In this document: piece after piece, positions 38,077 through 39,350 of the stretch
How the letters are laid out: each line of letters starts with the position of its first letter
How positions within the stretch are numbered: position 1 is the first letter of the stretch
Origin: a virus
Lineage: Duplodnaviria > Heunggongvirae > Uroviricota > Caudoviricetes
Strand: one strand, 5' to 3'
IMG/VR virus record: IMGVR_UViG_2698536590_000009
Coordinates: 1 to 39,350 of that record
Length of the DNA stretch: 39,350 nucleotides
Made by a program: the position numbers and the translations under genes
Notes under the pieces: generated by a model
Told to the model about the DNA's origin: nothing
Database searches by the model: none
Seen by the model: the letters and a program-made list of their open reading frames with translations, nothing else

Positions 38077-38267
38077 GTCCCCTGCGCCCCCATCGCCTTA
38101 CTTTTTTATCAAAAAAAACACTAAAATTTTCATTAGGATAGTACATTTTTATCAACAAAATGCATATTTATGTTGATCATCAATATGAATATAACTAATA
38201 TTATTGCAGAAGCAGCACGGCGCTGTAGGTTTTAGTTCCGCCACCCGGCGTTAAGGGGAGAGATAAG

Positions 38268-38402
38268 ATGGTGCATTACGAAGTAGTTCAGTATTTGATG
38301 GATTGTTGCGGTATCACTTACAACCAGGCTGTGCAGGCTTTACGCAGCAACGACTGGGATCTCTGGCAGGCAGAAGCCTCTATCCGCAACAACAAAATGT
38401 GA
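38268..38402 (+). CDS. Small protein (44 aa), YdfB-like
   Basis: Manual ORF with AAGGGGAG SD; resemblance to Qin ydfB is from memory only. Confidence 0.4.
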   Translation: MVHYEVVQYLMDCCGITYNQAVQALRSNDWDLWQAEASIRNNKM

Positions 38403-38412
38403 GGTGCGAAAA

Positions 38413-38565
38413 ATGCAAAAAATCGACCTCGGCAATAACGAATCCCTGGGGTGCGGCGTGTTCCCCAACCAGGATGGAACGTTCACTGCCATGACTTATA
38501 CCAAAAGCAAGACATTCAAAACTGAAACGGGCGCACGTCGCTGGCTTGCCAGAAATACTTGCTAA
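38413..38565 (+). CDS. Small protein (50 aa), YdfC-like
   Basis: Manual ORF with GAGGTG SD, 10 nt after previous stop. Confidence 0.4.
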   Translation: MQKIDLGNNESLGCGVFPNQDGTFTAMTYTKSKTFKTETGARRWLARNTC

Positions 38566-38749
38566 TCCATTATTTGGATTAATTCAATATTCTCGCTGTA
38601 GGGGTATAGCAGAAACCACCAAAGCCCGGAGGTGGTGAAATAAAACCGGGCACAACACGAAGTCGCATTTCCGATATCCATAAAGAGTCGGTCTTGTCTG
38701 TTAAATTTAAATGGTGGGAGTGCGCCTCCGGTTGTGGATAACAACACTG

Positions 38750-38810
38750 CTGTGTGTAGTCTTGGCGGCATCAGTTTTTTCTTGAAGTTCGACTGATGTC
38801 CGCCCTTTTT
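38750..38810 (+). ncRNA. dicF: DicF-like small RNA candidate ending in intrinsic terminator (GGCGGCAUCAG...CUGAUGUCCGCC + U5)
   Basis: Terminator hairpin and flanking sequence resemble remembered E. coli DicF; location between ydfC-like ORF and DicB-position gene as in Qin. Confidence 0.45.
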
Positions 38811-38985
38811 AAAGTGAATTTTGTGATGCGGTGAATGCGGCTAAGCGCACGCGGCACAGTTAAAAGTCATGTTAGTCCTTATTGGTTTGGGTGGGAAAGC
38901 CGACTGTAATTGTTAACTGGTTGCAGTCACCTGGAGGCACTAGGCACCGCATCAACAAAGTTCATTTGTAAAAATGGAGATAATT

Positions 38986-39207
38986 ATGATTGCACATCAC
39001 TTCGGAACTGATGAAATACCACGTCAGTGTGTGACTCCTGGTGACTATATTCTTCATGAAGGCCGGACATATATTGCCTCGGCAAACAATATTAAAAAGC
39101 GAAAACTTTATATTCGTAACCTGACTACAAAAACATGCATTACTGACTGCATGATTAAAGTCTTCCTCGGTCGTGATGGTTTACCTGTAAAGGCGGAGTC
39201 ATGGTGA
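38986..39207 (+). CDS. Small protein at DicB position (possible cell-division inhibitor analogue)
   Basis: ATG 38986 with GGAGA SD (track start 38974); weak KRK-region resemblance to DicB only. Confidence 0.35.
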   Translation: MIAHHFGTDEIPRQCVTPGDYILHEGRTYIASANNIKKRKLYIRNLTTKTCITDCMIKVFLGRDGLPVKAESW

Positions 39208-39350
39208 TGACTAAGAAAATAAAATGTGCTTACCACCTTTGCAATAAAGAAATTGAAGAAAGCAAAAGTATTAAAAGACCACTTCATTTCATGCGTGGAG
39301 TTATCCCAACGACGGAAATGAAAAAATATTGTAGTGAAAGTTGTGCCTAG
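39207..39350 (+). CDS. Small Cys-rich protein (47 aa), start overlapping previous stop (TGATGA)
   Basis: Manual ORF, C..C...C..C pattern; ends with TAG at window edge. Confidence 0.3.
   Translation: MTKKIKCAYHLCNKEIEESKSIKRPLHFMRGVIPTTEMKKYCSESCA

Overview
The window reads as one contiguous stretch of an enterobacterial (E. coli-like) prophage with hybrid architecture: a lambdoid early/regulatory region (Rac/Qin-like immunity, replication, nin-type region, Q-like antiterminator) joined to a myovirus-type (Mu/SfV-like) morphogenesis module. Almost all genes are on the minus strand, running from the immunity region (about 37.5 kb) down to tail fibre and cargo genes (about 0 to 2 kb). On the plus strand beyond the repressor lies a Qin dicB-operon-like segment (small ORFs, a DicF-like sRNA candidate). 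All identifications are from reading the sequence and ORF track; no database search was run, so family names are recollection-based and hedged. The strongest candidate for a new system is a self-contained, AT-rich gene for an HsdR-N-like (PD-(D/E)xK) nuclease-fold protein wedged between baseplate genes W and J, with its own SD, putative promoter and terminator. Other accessory loci are a membrane-protein gene immediately after the Q terminator, a tRNA island with a tandemly duplicated tRNA-Gly-like unit behind stacked terminators, a ParB-like plus DxD-motif gene pair ahead of terminase, an orphan hok toxin, and a cargo gene distal to the tail fibre. No integrase, att site, CRISPR array or IS element was seen.
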